IMG/VR virus record: IMGVR_UViG_3300031836_000002
Span: 60,210 to 124,209 of that record
Source of the DNA: a virus
Taxonomy: Duplodnaviria; Caudoviricetes
Length of the DNA stretch: 64,000 bases
Reading direction: 5' to 3' (one strand)
Shown piece by piece: positions 34,354 to 44,115 of this stretch (its first letter is position 1; the number at the start of each line of letters is the position of its first letter). Made by a program: the position numbers and the translations under genes. A model generated the notes under the pieces. That model had not been told where the DNA came from, ran no database searches, and saw only the letters and a list, made by a program, of their open reading frames with translations.

Positions 34354-34626
34354 CTAGTCCACGTTTTCTTCTTTTTTGATCTGAGCTTTCTCCTTGCGAT
34401 CCTTGAGGATCTCGTCTAGCTCGGAGGTAGCTACCACGTAGGTAGCCTGATTTCCGACACGGTGGAGAGTCTTGTAGCCACCAACTTGGCCAAACCGGCT
34501 GGCCTTCTTGTAGCTATGTTGGCGGGTGATCCCTATGATCTCGGCAGCCTCTGTGAGATTTACCCATCCCTCCAGAACTGGAAGCTCTGGATTCTCGGAC
34601 AGCTTTACCTTGGGGCTATTCGCCAC
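34354..34626 (-). CDS. HTH DNA-binding protein
   Basis: LTEAAEIIGITRQ. Confidence 0.7.
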   Translation of the reverse strand: MANSPKVKLSENPELPVLEGWVNLTEAAEIIGITRQHSYKKASRFGQVGGYKTLHRVGNQATYVVATSELDEILKDRKEKAQIKKEENVD

Positions 34627-35179
34627 GGTGTTCTCCTAACGTCTTGCTCATTATCTGTTTGGTGATTGCAAGCCACTTGGTGGCCTCCCCTTCATCCCGT
34701 ACTCGTGGCAGAAGCTCCAAGCACAGGCGAAACTTTGTGGCTATCGGAGGATCAAATTGAACGTCCTCCCAGTCTGGGTCCATGCGTCCACACGCTACCT
34801 TCAGAGCCTCTGAAAGTGCGTCCTTGTCCACAGTGACAGTGATGGTTGTTGCGGCGGTCCAGCGGCTCTCTAGGTCCGGTGGGACGTATCCTGTGTGGTC
34901 GAGGATGACATCCGCGGCTTCCTCTTCCGAGATCCCACGGTCGAGTGAGAGAAGTCGAACAGGGTTGAACCAACCACATCCGGCGAAGCAGAAGGCTGTC
35001 TCGGTCTCTGTGTACACACGGAGCGACTTCGATGTTCCGCCATCTGCATGGTAGAGATGTCCAAATGGGCAGTACTGCTTCGAGTTTCCATACTCAGAAA
35101 CGTCAGATCCAATCATCTGGAAAACCGCGGCCATGGAGGATCGGCTGTTTGCCAGCGCAATGGGGCTTAGTTCGTCCAC
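34616..35179 (-). CDS. primase-type CHC2 zinc-finger protein
   Basis: CPF..H.D..S.S..VY...FCFAGC. Confidence 0.7.
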   Translation of the reverse strand: MDELSPIALANSRSSMAAVFQMIGSDVSEYGNSKQYCPFGHLYHADGGTSKSLRVYTETETAFCFAGCGWFNPVRLLSLDRGISEEEAADVILDHTGYVPPDLESRWTAATTITVTVDKDALSEALKVACGRMDPDWEDVQFDPPIATKFRLCLELLPRVRDEGEATKWLAITKQIMSKTLGEHRGE

Positions 35180-35296
35180 AGGCGTCTCCGGAACCGTATC
35201 GCGAGCGTCAGTAGGGTTCCCCAAATAATGGCCTCTAGAACGACGAACAGGATGAGCATGGGTAGCCAGAAGTTGGCCACGAACCATGGCAGGAAC

Positions 35297-35731
35297 TCAC
35301 TCATGGCGATCCTTGATCTTGAAGAGCCAGCCGTAGGTGGACTTGGTGCTGTCCTCTGGACGCTTGGGGGTCTCGCCAGCTCGGACGAAGTTGCCTCCGC
35401 GCCGAATACTCCAGACGAAGAATCCAAGCTCGATCTGCTTGCCAAGGAACAGTCCTAGCATCAGTGCTCGCCAACGCCAGTTGGGGATGGGCACGTTGAG
35501 GTACAGGTGAGCGTGGCCTGTGCTCGTGGACTCGACATGAGCGTGATCGAAGTCAAGATCGAGGATGGGCATCTGCCTACCGTCGTCTGTGATAGAGCTA
35601 ACAAGATTTCCGTGCTCCGGCACACTCGAAGGCCACCGATCTTCACTGCGCTTGTACTTGATCAGGGAGACGATGAGAGGCTCGTCTTCGATCCCCAGCT
35701 TGGGTGCAAACCAGATTGTGCGCTTAGACAT
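35297..35731 (-). CDS. hypothetical protein
   Basis: GGAG RBS; LDLD...S.TGH.HLY motif. Confidence 0.55.
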   Translation of the reverse strand: MSKRTIWFAPKLGIEDEPLIVSLIKYKRSEDRWPSSVPEHGNLVSSITDDGRQMPILDLDFDHAHVESTSTGHAHLYLNVPIPNWRWRALMLGLFLGKQIELGFFVWSIRRGGNFVRAGETPKRPEDSTKSTYGWLFKIKDRHE

Positions 35732-35899
35732 GGCGGTCTCCTGAGGTAACTTTTCGGTAGAGGATGATGGGGAGCTTGATAACAATGAACCAAGCGAGTT
35801 GAACAAGAACTATGGTGATGTCCCAAAGGGCTTCCATCACCTCTCCTCCATCAGGATCAGCGTGGAAGCCCTCAAGGAGATCCTCGTCACGGATATGCA

Positions 35900-36367
35900 C
35901 TAGAACCGCTTGGCACATGTCGGTCCTAGACCAGTCTGAAGTGATACTGGATCCGAGAGCTTGGCGGAGCACACTGCACAAATAGTGAAGTGTTTCGAGA
36001 AACGAACTGCTGCGGACTTCGGGTTCATGTCGAGGTCGAGCAACACCTGAGCCTTGGCCGCGCCTTTCACAGCGTGGCGTCGCCAGTCTCCGGGGGACCC
36101 CACAAGACGGTCTACGAACTGGACTCCGGCCCACTTCTTCTTGCCGGTGCGTACTTCGTAGAAGATGATCTTGCCGTGCTCATTGTAGAGCGCGTAGTGA
36201 GAGTCCGGGACGTTGATGTCGTCGGTGAAGACGTGAGACTTGACGTAAGCTTTCGCGAACCCTGTGACCTCGACATCCTGCGCCAGCATGGTCGCTCGTG
36301 CTGCGTAGCATTCACGAATGTGAGCGACTGTCTGACCTTCTGACTTGCAGTTTCCGCATGTTGGCAT
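35900..36367 (-). CDS. DUF6011-like zinc-finger protein
   Basis: CAVCSAKLSDPVS...GLGPTC. Confidence 0.75.
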   Translation of the reverse strand: MPTCGNCKSEGQTVAHIRECYAARATMLAQDVEVTGFAKAYVKSHVFTDDINVPDSHYALYNEHGKIIFYEVRTGKKKWAGVQFVDRLVGSPGDWRRHAVKGAAKAQVLLDLDMNPKSAAVRFSKHFTICAVCSAKLSDPVSLQTGLGPTCAKRF

Positions 36368-36494
36368 TGGGTTCTCCTCTGTGTAGACCTGAACTCAGTC
36401 TAGCACACGGATGTCAATTGCCAGCAAGTCTTTGTAGTTCGTGAATACGTCGTCGTGGATCGTGAGCTGTGTGGGGGCATTGAAATTCTTCTTT

Positions 36495-37958
36495 CTAGGT
36501 TAGGTAGTCGCTGAGTCCGCCGCCTGTGAGGCTGGACGCACCAAGAGCGGTGTCGAACGAGGTGCTTGCTTTGGACTGGAACCAGCTCGTGGCGTAGTCC
36601 ACTTCCATGAGAATCGAGTTGCTCGTTACGCCATCTCGGTTCTTGAGGATCTGACCCTTGAGATCCACGTAGCGGTTGGTGTTGTCCGTGGGAGCAAGGA
36701 TCGAGATGATCACGTCGGCAGAGTTGGTGGCTTCGGATGTCTCGGCCAGCGCTGAGCTGGTGTAGTAGCCCAGCTTCTCGGCCTCGTCACGCTTGGCTCG
36801 GTTTACCTGCCATGGAGACATGAAGGGAACGCCTGCGCCGTCGTTGAAGGTGGTAGCGAGCTGCTTCGATTCCTTGATGATGGAGCTAAGCTCCTCACGG
36901 TCGGACTGTCGGTGCCGGTCTGACTTCAAGAGGGCTAGGTAGTCACAGATCACAAGGTCGATGTTGAACTTCCGCTGGATCCTGTACAGCCTCTGCTCGA
37001 TGGAGCTGATGGTTGCGTTCCGCGGAACCTGTGCAATGTAGAGCTTGCCGTAGCTGGGATTCTTGGTGAGGTCAGAGACTACTTCGATGTGCTTCTCTTC
37101 CAACGCGTCGGAGAGAGTTCCCGCCTTCAGATCCCTAGTGTTGAGTCCTTCGGGAAGTTCGAAGATGGGGAGCTTGGAGTGGCGTGCCACGATCTTGCGT
37201 CGGACTTGTGGTCGAAGGGTCTCGGTGGTCAGGAAGACCACGTTCTTGCCTTGCTCCACCGATGCGCTCCATGCGGCCTGCACACACAGTGATGTCTTTC
37301 CATCGGAGGAGTAACCCACCGACAGGATCAGCTCACCATTCTGCATGCCTCCAACCATGGAGTCCAGCTCGGTGATTCCGAACAGGATTCCGCCACTGCT
37401 GCCTTCTAGGCGTGCTTTCTTTCGGTCGGAGTAGTCCTGAAGGATGTCCTGCCGTTCCTCTTGCATGTCGCCCTCAGGGGCTTCCTGCATGGTCAGATCA
37501 CGGTCGATCTCGGCAAACGCTTCAAGCACGTGAGCGCGGGCGTCGAGGTGGCCCTTGATGGTCTCACCGGTGGAGAGCTGCTTCCCTGATCTCAGGATCT
37601 CCATCGACTCTGTGATGACTTCAGCTGTGGCCTTTTCTGCTGCCAGCTCGCGCAACTCTTGAATGGACCATGCGAAGTCAGCGTCAGTGACCTCGGTGTC
37701 GTGGAAGAGCTGGAAGTTCTCCGTGTAGAGACTGCCCTGCCCTGCATCCTTGGTGCGGAGCATGTCATCGAGAGCGGAGGACGTGAGCACGGATCCCGTA
37801 ACGTCCGCGTAACGCTCCAGAAGGGTGAAGATGTTGGACTGCACCTTGTCTGGGAAATGCGCTGGTGTGAGGTGCCTCAGAGCTTTGTCTAGAAGGTCTC
37901 TCCGTTTGGGGATGATGGCTGAAAGCACTGTCCTAGCGTGCTCTTGAGCGTCAGCCAT
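36495..37958 (-). CDS. dnaB: DnaB-like replicative helicase
   Basis: GYSSDGKT, VICDYL, QVNR, KNRDG. Confidence 0.9.
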   Translation of the reverse strand: MADAQEHARTVLSAIIPKRRDLLDKALRHLTPAHFPDKVQSNIFTLLERYADVTGSVLTSSALDDMLRTKDAGQGSLYTENFQLFHDTEVTDADFAWSIQELRELAAEKATAEVITESMEILRSGKQLSTGETIKGHLDARAHVLEAFAEIDRDLTMQEAPEGDMQEERQDILQDYSDRKKARLEGSSGGILFGITELDSMVGGMQNGELILSVGYSSDGKTSLCVQAAWSASVEQGKNVVFLTTETLRPQVRRKIVARHSKLPIFELPEGLNTRDLKAGTLSDALEEKHIEVVSDLTKNPSYGKLYIAQVPRNATISSIEQRLYRIQRKFNIDLVICDYLALLKSDRHRQSDREELSSIIKESKQLATTFNDGAGVPFMSPWQVNRAKRDEAEKLGYYTSSALAETSEATNSADVIISILAPTDNTNRYVDLKGQILKNRDGVTSNSILMEVDYATSWFQSKASTSFDTALGASSLTGGGLSDYLT

Positions 37959-38169
37959 GTGGTTCCTCTTTTTCGTGGTTCGTTGTCATGTGAATATGGG
38001 CTGCGCGCTGCAAGGCTCTGGTCTGCATATGCCCAAAGACGGTGGCTTCCAGCTCGTGACGACAGGCAGACGTTTCTGGATATGAGTCGATGAGTGAGAG
38101 AAGTCTCTGAAGCTCGTCATCGGCGGTGGAGAAGTCCACGATCAGGGATCCGTCTTGCGCTGACCTCAA
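37951..38169 (-). CDS. hypothetical protein
   Basis: Coupled ORF. Confidence 0.5.
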   Translation of the reverse strand: MRSAQDGSLIVDFSTADDELQRLLSLIDSYPETSACRHELEATVFGHMQTRALQRAAHIHMTTNHEKEEPHG

Positions 38170-38438
38170 ATCTTCTCCACAAAGGCAAGGATCTCCAGAT
38201 CAGTGATGCCACTCTGGGTCGTCGTGTGGACCACTCTCCCTGACTGGAATCGGTGACTCACAACCCCTTTCATGGTGTCGTCGCGCTCAGTCACCAGACC
38301 CCAATTAGGAACAATGTCCCCAACCTGAAGGGTGTGGAAATCCACTGTGCGGTACTCTCTTGGTCGGCTCACGGAGTCGATGTCAATCGAAGGTCGGCTG
38401 AACTGCTTCCGGGGTTTCCCTGATGAGAAGGGTTTCAT
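38166..38438 (-). CDS. hypothetical protein
   Basis: Coupled ORF. Confidence 0.55.
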   Translation of the reverse strand: MKPFSSGKPRKQFSRPSIDIDSVSRPREYRTVDFHTLQVGDIVPNWGLVTERDDTMKGVVSHRFQSGRVVHTTTQSGITDLEILAFVEKI

Positions 38439-38842
38439 CAGAAAGTCTTGTTTCCGTGGAGCTGTGGGCGTTCGGAGTTGAAGTTCATCTTCTTTCCAAT
38501 CTCGTTCTCCAGTGAGATTTTGGCCTCTTCGGACAGGTCCATCAAGCGGATGCCAACGTCAGCTAGCTCCACAGGAACACCCTCAGGCTTTTTTCCATCT
38601 TCGTTGACATACACGTCACTCATCAGGTGGCCGGTACGAAGTTCCTCATGAGCCTCTGACAGCTCTCCGACGATGAGCATGAGTCGGTTCGAGTAGTACG
38701 AAGAGAGGATCAGTGCGGCTAGCTCAGGGTCTTGACTGCGAAGTTCTTCAACGTGAACCTTGAGGCGATCTGCAACAGCGTGGAAGCCTTTATCGCGGGC
38801 ATTCTTGTGTGCCTGCTGCTGGAGATCTTCAAGATTACTCAT
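38438..38842 (-). CDS. MazG-like nucleotide pyrophosphohydrolase
   Basis: LIVGELSEAHEELR, ELADVGIRLMD, KMNFN..R. Confidence 0.85.
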   Translation of the reverse strand: MSNLEDLQQQAHKNARDKGFHAVADRLKVHVEELRSQDPELAALILSSYYSNRLMLIVGELSEAHEELRTGHLMSDVYVNEDGKKPEGVPVELADVGIRLMDLSEEAKISLENEIGKKMNFNSERPQLHGNKTF

Positions 38843-39086
38843 TGGTGGTCTCCGGCATCTTCACAACCATGATTCCAATTTCCATGGGATTGGGTCCCGT
38901 GAGGCTTCTGAGGTCTTGGATAGCAAGCTCGTAGCCTAGATCGTAGGCATCGTCTGAGGAGATGTCCTTGAGCTGTTCTCGGTCGGTCTCAGCTCGATGC
39001 TTCAGAAGCTCGGCATCGAGTCGTGGTAGCGCTTCCTCAAGAGTGAGGTCGAATTGCTTGTTTGCCATGATTTCTCCTAGGTTCAA
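38835..39086 (-). CDS. hypothetical protein
   Basis: Coupled ORF. Confidence 0.5.
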   Translation of the reverse strand: MNLGEIMANKQFDLTLEEALPRLDAELLKHRAETDREQLKDISSDDAYDLGYELAIQDLRSLTGPNPMEIGIMVVKMPETTNE

Positions 39087-39121
39087 TCTGTTCTACGGGG
39101 CTGCCTTGCCTCTGACAAGGG

Positions 39122-39829
39122 TTAGGAATCTATCACGCGGGAGCGCATGGCTGTGTGCATGGCCAAAACCGCCTCCGTGTGTGCTTCCCGGACAGTGGTG
39201 GGGCTGAGTCCCAACTCGGCGGCAATGATCTGTAGCTCCATTCCTGTGTGGTAGCGAAGGGCTATCACTACCTGCTGCAACTGCGGAAGCTCACTCAATG
39301 AGGAAGCCACTGCCGTTTTGATGTGGGTCTCCAATGCGCTTGACTCGACATTTACCTCGGAAGGGACCCCCAGAGAGTCATTGAACTCGGTGTCTTGCTG
39401 AAGATCCAAAGACTTGGGAGGAAACTCCACAGCCCTGATCACCTGTCGAACCTTCTCAAGCTCTATTCCGGTAGCCTTCGCCACCTCTGCTTCGGTCTTT
39501 CCTGCTCCCCAGCCCTCGGCTACGAAGAGTTTGTACATCCGTCGATAGGGGCGTTGAACATGATCTGCTCCGCGCTGCCAGTCCATGATTGTTCCGAGAA
39601 TGCGTTGTCGAGCGTACCCCGCAAAAGCCTTTCCGCTCTCCAGATCCTCTGGTCGGATCTCCCTGCCTGTGGGGTCCCAACGCAGAGCTGCTGTGACCAG
39701 CCCTTGGTACGCAACGGAAACAACCTCTTCGAGGTCAATATCTCTCGTGTTTCGTTTCCAGACGGTTCTGGCTAAGAAGTGGGCCAGAGGCATGTGCCTC
39801 TCCACCAAATTCTTCTTTTCCTGATCCAT
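39122..39829 (-). CDS. FliA/WhiG (sigma28)-like RNA polymerase sigma factor
   Basis: GLVTAALRWDP, FAGYARQRILGTIMD, SLD, LPQLQQVVIALRY, IAAELGLS. Confidence 0.9.
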   Translation of the reverse strand: MDQEKKNLVERHMPLAHFLARTVWKRNTRDIDLEEVVSVAYQGLVTAALRWDPTGREIRPEDLESGKAFAGYARQRILGTIMDWQRGADHVQRPYRRMYKLFVAEGWGAGKTEAEVAKATGIELEKVRQVIRAVEFPPKSLDLQQDTEFNDSLGVPSEVNVESSALETHIKTAVASSLSELPQLQQVVIALRYHTGMELQIIAAELGLSPTTVREAHTEAVLAMHTAMRSRVIDS

Positions 39830-39833
39830 AGAG

Positions 39834-41540
39834 CTAACCACTGATGAGCTGGAGCAAGGCCATGGGATTCAAGGCTTGGAATAGTTGGGAGTTCTCATCC
39901 CAGATGTGACTGGCCAAGGCTGCCTCCCTTTCAAGGAGCGGTAGGTATCGCTCCTCTTGCGTGTTCACTGTCAGGAGGTTGTGGACAAATACGTGCTGGA
40001 AAGCGGAGCCATCTCGTCGGATTCTACCTGCGAGTTGTTCCATTCGAGCCGGATTCAGAATCATGTCCATGTTGATCAAGTGTCGAGCTACTTGAAGGTT
40101 CAAGGACTGCTCGATGGCTCTAGTTCCAATGAGTACCTTGCACGTGGGGTCTTCCCAGAACCTCTCCTGAGAAGCCTTGCGAGCCATCTTATCCGCCTGC
40201 TCACCCCAGACGGTCTCGAACCCAATTCCTGCCTCTCGGAATCTGTACTGGAGCGCTCGCACGGATGTCTTGTACTGGGCGAAGATCACAACCTTTTCGT
40301 CTTCGAGATCTCCGCCCTCTCCAAGCTTGTTGAGGATCCAGTCCATCTTGACTGAGGTATTGGGACCATCAGGCTCTCCAAGGGTCGCTAGACCCCCACA
40401 GATGGCGGCTCCGTAGTGAAGCTTCGACAGAGCAGTGGTGTGTTTCACCTGTGCACCCTCCTCCCGGAGGATGGTGATGACGCCCTTCTGTAACTCCGTG
40501 TACTTGGCCCGCTGCGCGGGGTATAGATCCAGCATCACATCGTCCGGGATGATGGTGGGAAGATTCACGTCAGTGAGGTCCGCGGCTGTCCGGCGAAGAA
40601 CCATGGGGGCCATCTTGCGTTTGACCACATCGAGGTTCCGGTATCCGGTGATCTGCTGTCTCTTGGTTTCCAGTCCCGTTCGCTTGTCGATCTCGGTGAA
40701 GTACCCGCGCCGGACGTGGCTCTTCTCGAAGTTGTCTCGGCTGCCAAAGACTCTGCTGCCCCCAATGCCATCTAGAACTGCATGCAGCTCAGGGAGACGC
40801 TTCTGGAGAGGTGTTCCCGTCATGATGACGTAGCGGTCGGCGTGGCCTCCCAGACGGTCACAAGAATACGAGGTGTTCGTTTCTGGATTCCGAAGTTGGT
40901 CGATGTCGTCCGTGACGAAAAGTGAGAGATCGAAACGCATGAGCATCTCTAGATCGTTGTTGAGCATCTCAGGACCGATCAGCAAGACCTGCCACGGGTT
41001 CAGGTACAGCTCGGCGCGCTGCTTCTTGGATCCAGTGGCCACGACGACATTCAGTCCCGGCATCATCCGAAGAAGCTCATCTTGCCATTGGTGAAGAGCG
41101 GCAGACCGTGGGGTGATGACCACTCGGCCCACGCCGCCATCAGGCTTCGAGCGGTCGCGTCGAACTGCCAGCTCACCCGTCTCGATGAGCATGGCGATAA
41201 GCCCACCTGCGGATGTGGTCTTTCCCGACCCCATGGTGTCCGCCAGCAAGGCTCGTTTCTTGAGATAGAGCCACATGATACTGACACGCTGGTGCTGCCG
41301 GAAGTGGATCCCACATTTACGGCATCCGGGGCTTGGCCGGTCGTGGATTGTTCTCTTCTTGTCTACTCCGTCTTCGAAGTAGTTTTCCACCCAACCGTTA
41401 CGGTGGGTGCGGCAAAGGTCGTAGTTCCATGCTCTCAGATGAGGGAGCTTGAAGTCTTTGTACCCACGGGCTTTCCAAGCGATTGCCTCACGGGCATCCT
41501 CGGTGAAATTTCTGGTGTCGAACTTTTGCAACTGGCACAT
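39834..41540 (-). CDS. SNF2-like SF2 helicase
   Basis: LLADTMGSGKT, MTGTPLQ, EKVVIFAQY, QLAGRIRR. Confidence 0.9.
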   Translation of the reverse strand: MCQLQKFDTRNFTEDAREAIAWKARGYKDFKLPHLRAWNYDLCRTHRNGWVENYFEDGVDKKRTIHDRPSPGCRKCGIHFRQHQRVSIMWLYLKKRALLADTMGSGKTTSAGGLIAMLIETGELAVRRDRSKPDGGVGRVVITPRSAALHQWQDELLRMMPGLNVVVATGSKKQRAELYLNPWQVLLIGPEMLNNDLEMLMRFDLSLFVTDDIDQLRNPETNTSYSCDRLGGHADRYVIMTGTPLQKRLPELHAVLDGIGGSRVFGSRDNFEKSHVRRGYFTEIDKRTGLETKRQQITGYRNLDVVKRKMAPMVLRRTAADLTDVNLPTIIPDDVMLDLYPAQRAKYTELQKGVITILREEGAQVKHTTALSKLHYGAAICGGLATLGEPDGPNTSVKMDWILNKLGEGGDLEDEKVVIFAQYKTSVRALQYRFREAGIGFETVWGEQADKMARKASQERFWEDPTCKVLIGTRAIEQSLNLQVARHLINMDMILNPARMEQLAGRIRRDGSAFQHVFVHNLLTVNTQEERYLPLLEREAALASHIWDENSQLFQALNPMALLQLISG

Positions 41541-41564
41541 ACCTCCACAGGGTTGTACGCCAAG

Positions 41565-41739
41565 TTAGTTCGATTGGTCACCCTGAGTGGGGATTAGTGC
41601 GGTCTTAGCGTTCCTTTTAGAAATCAGGGTGCCCGCCTGCTTAGCAATTGACTCCGAGATCCTGAAGTCCTCAAGTATAGCGCTGAGAGTTTCCTCCACC
41701 AGCGGCTTGAAGTTCTCCAGTACGTTTGTGCGAGCCATG
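41565..41739 (-). CDS. small hypothetical protein
   Basis: Possible leaderless ATG after TACTCT. Confidence 0.4.
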
Positions 41740-41844
41740 AAGTAAAGAGTACAAGACAATTCCTTGTTTTACGCACTGACACGCAAAAAAGCAAGGGTAA
41801 ACGAAAAATGGCCGCGCCGAAGCGAGGCCTTTCCAATTGTTGAG

Positions 41845-42306
41845 CTACTTTCCACGAGACTCGTTGATCTCTCGAATTCGGGCAGACTGTGCGGCTCTAC
41901 GTTCAGGGGTCCACCCAGCATCTTCCCCTGTCCGCCCCTTGATCCATGTCGCCCTGCCCTTTCGAGGATCTCCCGACTTACGCTTCATTCCCTCGCTCCA
42001 CGAATACTGCACTCCGTCAATGCTTACCTGATTCGACAGAGGGTGCCCTTCGGACAACAGTCTGGTAATCCACTTGATCTCAAGAGAGTCCAAATCATCC
42101 CCTTCCTCTAGCCCAACAATCTCCACATTCTCAACCCCACACTCACGCATCCAGTCATAGACAGGTGCGGTGTGTCCGTTCTTTGCTCGGGACCGGTGCT
42201 CCCACCATCGAGTCTTCAAATTGACTCGGGTGCTCCCGACATAGCCAAAGGACCCGCCAGCCCGTAGTCCGTAGACCGAAGGCTGGCGGGTCATATTCTT
42301 ATTCAT
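41845..42306 (-). CDS. GIY-YIG homing endonuclease
   Basis: VYGL..YVGST..R..EH...E..WI...N. Confidence 0.85.
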   Translation of the reverse strand: MNKNMTRQPSVYGLRAGGSFGYVGSTRVNLKTRWWEHRSRAKNGHTAPVYDWMRECGVENVEIVGLEEGDDLDSLEIKWITRLLSEGHPLSNQVSIDGVQYSWSEGMKRKSGDPRKGRATWIKGRTGEDAGWTPERRAAQSARIREINESRGK

Positions 42307-42474
42307 GCGAGAAGTCTACCCGCAAGTATCACACTGGTGTTATTTAGCGGCGGTGAGTTTTCGCTTCGCCTATTCTCCGAGGAGTATCGACCCTTTGACA
42401 GCTATCGCACTGAAGCAAGTCCAAGGGATCCATGGGGATTGCGTAGCCGTCTACCGTTGTTTCGTTATCCAAGG

Positions 42475-42984
42475 TCAGTACTTTCCTGACTGCTCGGCTT
42501 CTACCGAACTGTCTTCCACATCTGCGACAAGAACCACCGGCTCAGATGTATTCACAATCATCAGGTCGGCAGGAAGAGTGACTACCGCTGTGGCTTTATC
42601 TGCCTCAGGAAGCTGTCCGATAACTGCAAGCAAGAGTGAACCAAATCCGGCAGTTAGTGCCATGGATCCGATACTGGCCCAATCGACCCCAGAGAACAGA
42701 ACAGCTGTTCCTACTCCTGCGACTGCGGCCTGTGCGACCGTCTTCACAACGCGGGAAAGGATGGCGAAGTACCAAGGCTGGACCTCACCTTCTACCTCAG
42801 CAATCCCTGCGAAGGATGTGAATAGGGACAGGATCCCAGCCAGAGCTGCTGCACTAGCGAGAGTGATGTACGAGACATCACCGAGGAATGAAATCGGAAC
42901 GTAGGGGACGGCAACAACAAGAGCCGTGCGAAGTGCACGGATAGCTGCGGCCTTCCACCACGAAGCGGACAAGATTTTAGTCAT
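42475..42984 (-). CDS. holin (duplicated r1t-like)
   Basis: WWKAAAIRALRT / RVVKTVAQ internal repeat; several TM helices. Confidence 0.8.
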   Translation of the reverse strand: MTKILSASWWKAAAIRALRTALVVAVPYVPISFLGDVSYITLASAAALAGILSLFTSFAGIAEVEGEVQPWYFAILSRVVKTVAQAAVAGVGTAVLFSGVDWASIGSMALTAGFGSLLLAVIGQLPEADKATAVVTLPADLMIVNTSEPVVLVADVEDSSVEAEQSGKY

Positions 42985-43030
42985 TGTGTTTCCCTTCGAA
43001 GGAGATAGTTGCTCGTACTACTATCGACAG

Positions 43031-43543
43031 TTAGCTGATGTCCTCACGGATGCGGCGTACCTCTGAAAGTGGAGAGGTAATTTCCAAATCCGAAGACATG
43101 TCCTCTAGCTCCATACCAGTCACCTGTGCTCCGAACTTTCGAAGCTCTGAGACCAGCGTATTGATGTGTCGGTCTTTCGTAGACAGTCGAGTGCGAAGCT
43201 CGATGATCTCCACCCTCAGTTCTGAAATTCTGTCGTAGTCTCTATCTGCTGCCAGCTCCAGAGCATCCACGCGAGCGGTCTTATCCGCCAGCCTCTTGGC
43301 ATCTGCTAGCTTCTCTTCCTGAAGAATCTTCACCATGTTGTTTAGTCCTTCGAGGACCAAAGCAATGTTGGCACGGCCATCAGAGCGGCTAGGAATGGTG
43401 CGATCAAGAATCAATTTTCCAGAGAAGATCAAGGCTGCCATGATGGCTGCTCCTGTTCCGCCTGACATGAACGTGTCGAGGTCCCATCCGGCACTTGCTG
43501 TGGCTTCTGGAGTGGCTAGCACGGTGAATAGTGTGTACAGCAT
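43031..43543 (-). CDS. membrane/coiled-coil lysis-cassette protein
   Basis: TM helix plus coiled coil. Confidence 0.6.
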   Translation of the reverse strand: MLYTLFTVLATPEATASAGWDLDTFMSGGTGAAIMAALIFSGKLILDRTIPSRSDGRANIALVLEGLNNMVKILQEEKLADAKRLADKTARVDALELAADRDYDRISELRVEIIELRTRLSTKDRHINTLVSELRKFGAQVTGMELEDMSSDLEITSPLSEVRRIREDIS

Positions 43544-44037
43544 TACTTTGACTCCTTCGTGTTTTGTCCACTGTCAACTGCTTCCATGGCCCTCTTGCGG
43601 AGGGAAGACCTATGAACTTTTTTCATTTTCTCTGCTTCTGACGATAGTTCGTGTATGCGGGGGAGCATCAAAAACGCCGGAAGGATGGTGTAGGCCGTGA
43701 AAGCAATTCTAGGAACTACATCAATTCCCGGAACAGGTAGCACCACGTAGTAGACCTGAGCTGCGAAGTAGAAGATGGGTCCGATGATGGCTATCACCAG
43801 ACCGGGAAGTTCCATCTTCAAGTCGTATCGAGTCAAGGATCCTACGGTGGCCAACAAGGCTCCCGTGAAGGTAATTCCCATCCATGTGAGTCGTGTGACC
43901 ACTTCCACCGTCGAGACGTATGCCAGTGGAGGGAAAACAAGAAATAGCACTGCCCACACCATTAGCACAGAGTAGGCAGTGGCACGGAGAATGTCACCAG
44001 CCTTGGGAGCTAGTGCCTCGAATTGCTTTTTTTCCAA
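43543..44037 (-). CDS. multi-pass membrane protein
   Basis: Four hydrophobic helices. Confidence 0.65.
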   Translation of the reverse strand: MEKKQFEALAPKAGDILRATAYSVLMVWAVLFLVFPPLAYVSTVEVVTRLTWMGITFTGALLATVGSLTRYDLKMELPGLVIAIIGPIFYFAAQVYYVVLPVPGIDVVPRIAFTAYTILPAFLMLPRIHELSSEAEKMKKVHRSSLRKRAMEAVDSGQNTKESK

Positions 44038-44115
44038 AACTGCTCTCCCCCGTTGTCTGTACCTACTATCGGCCAAAGGGTAGACGGAGCTGTTTCCTTG
44101 GCCGATAGCCTGTTC

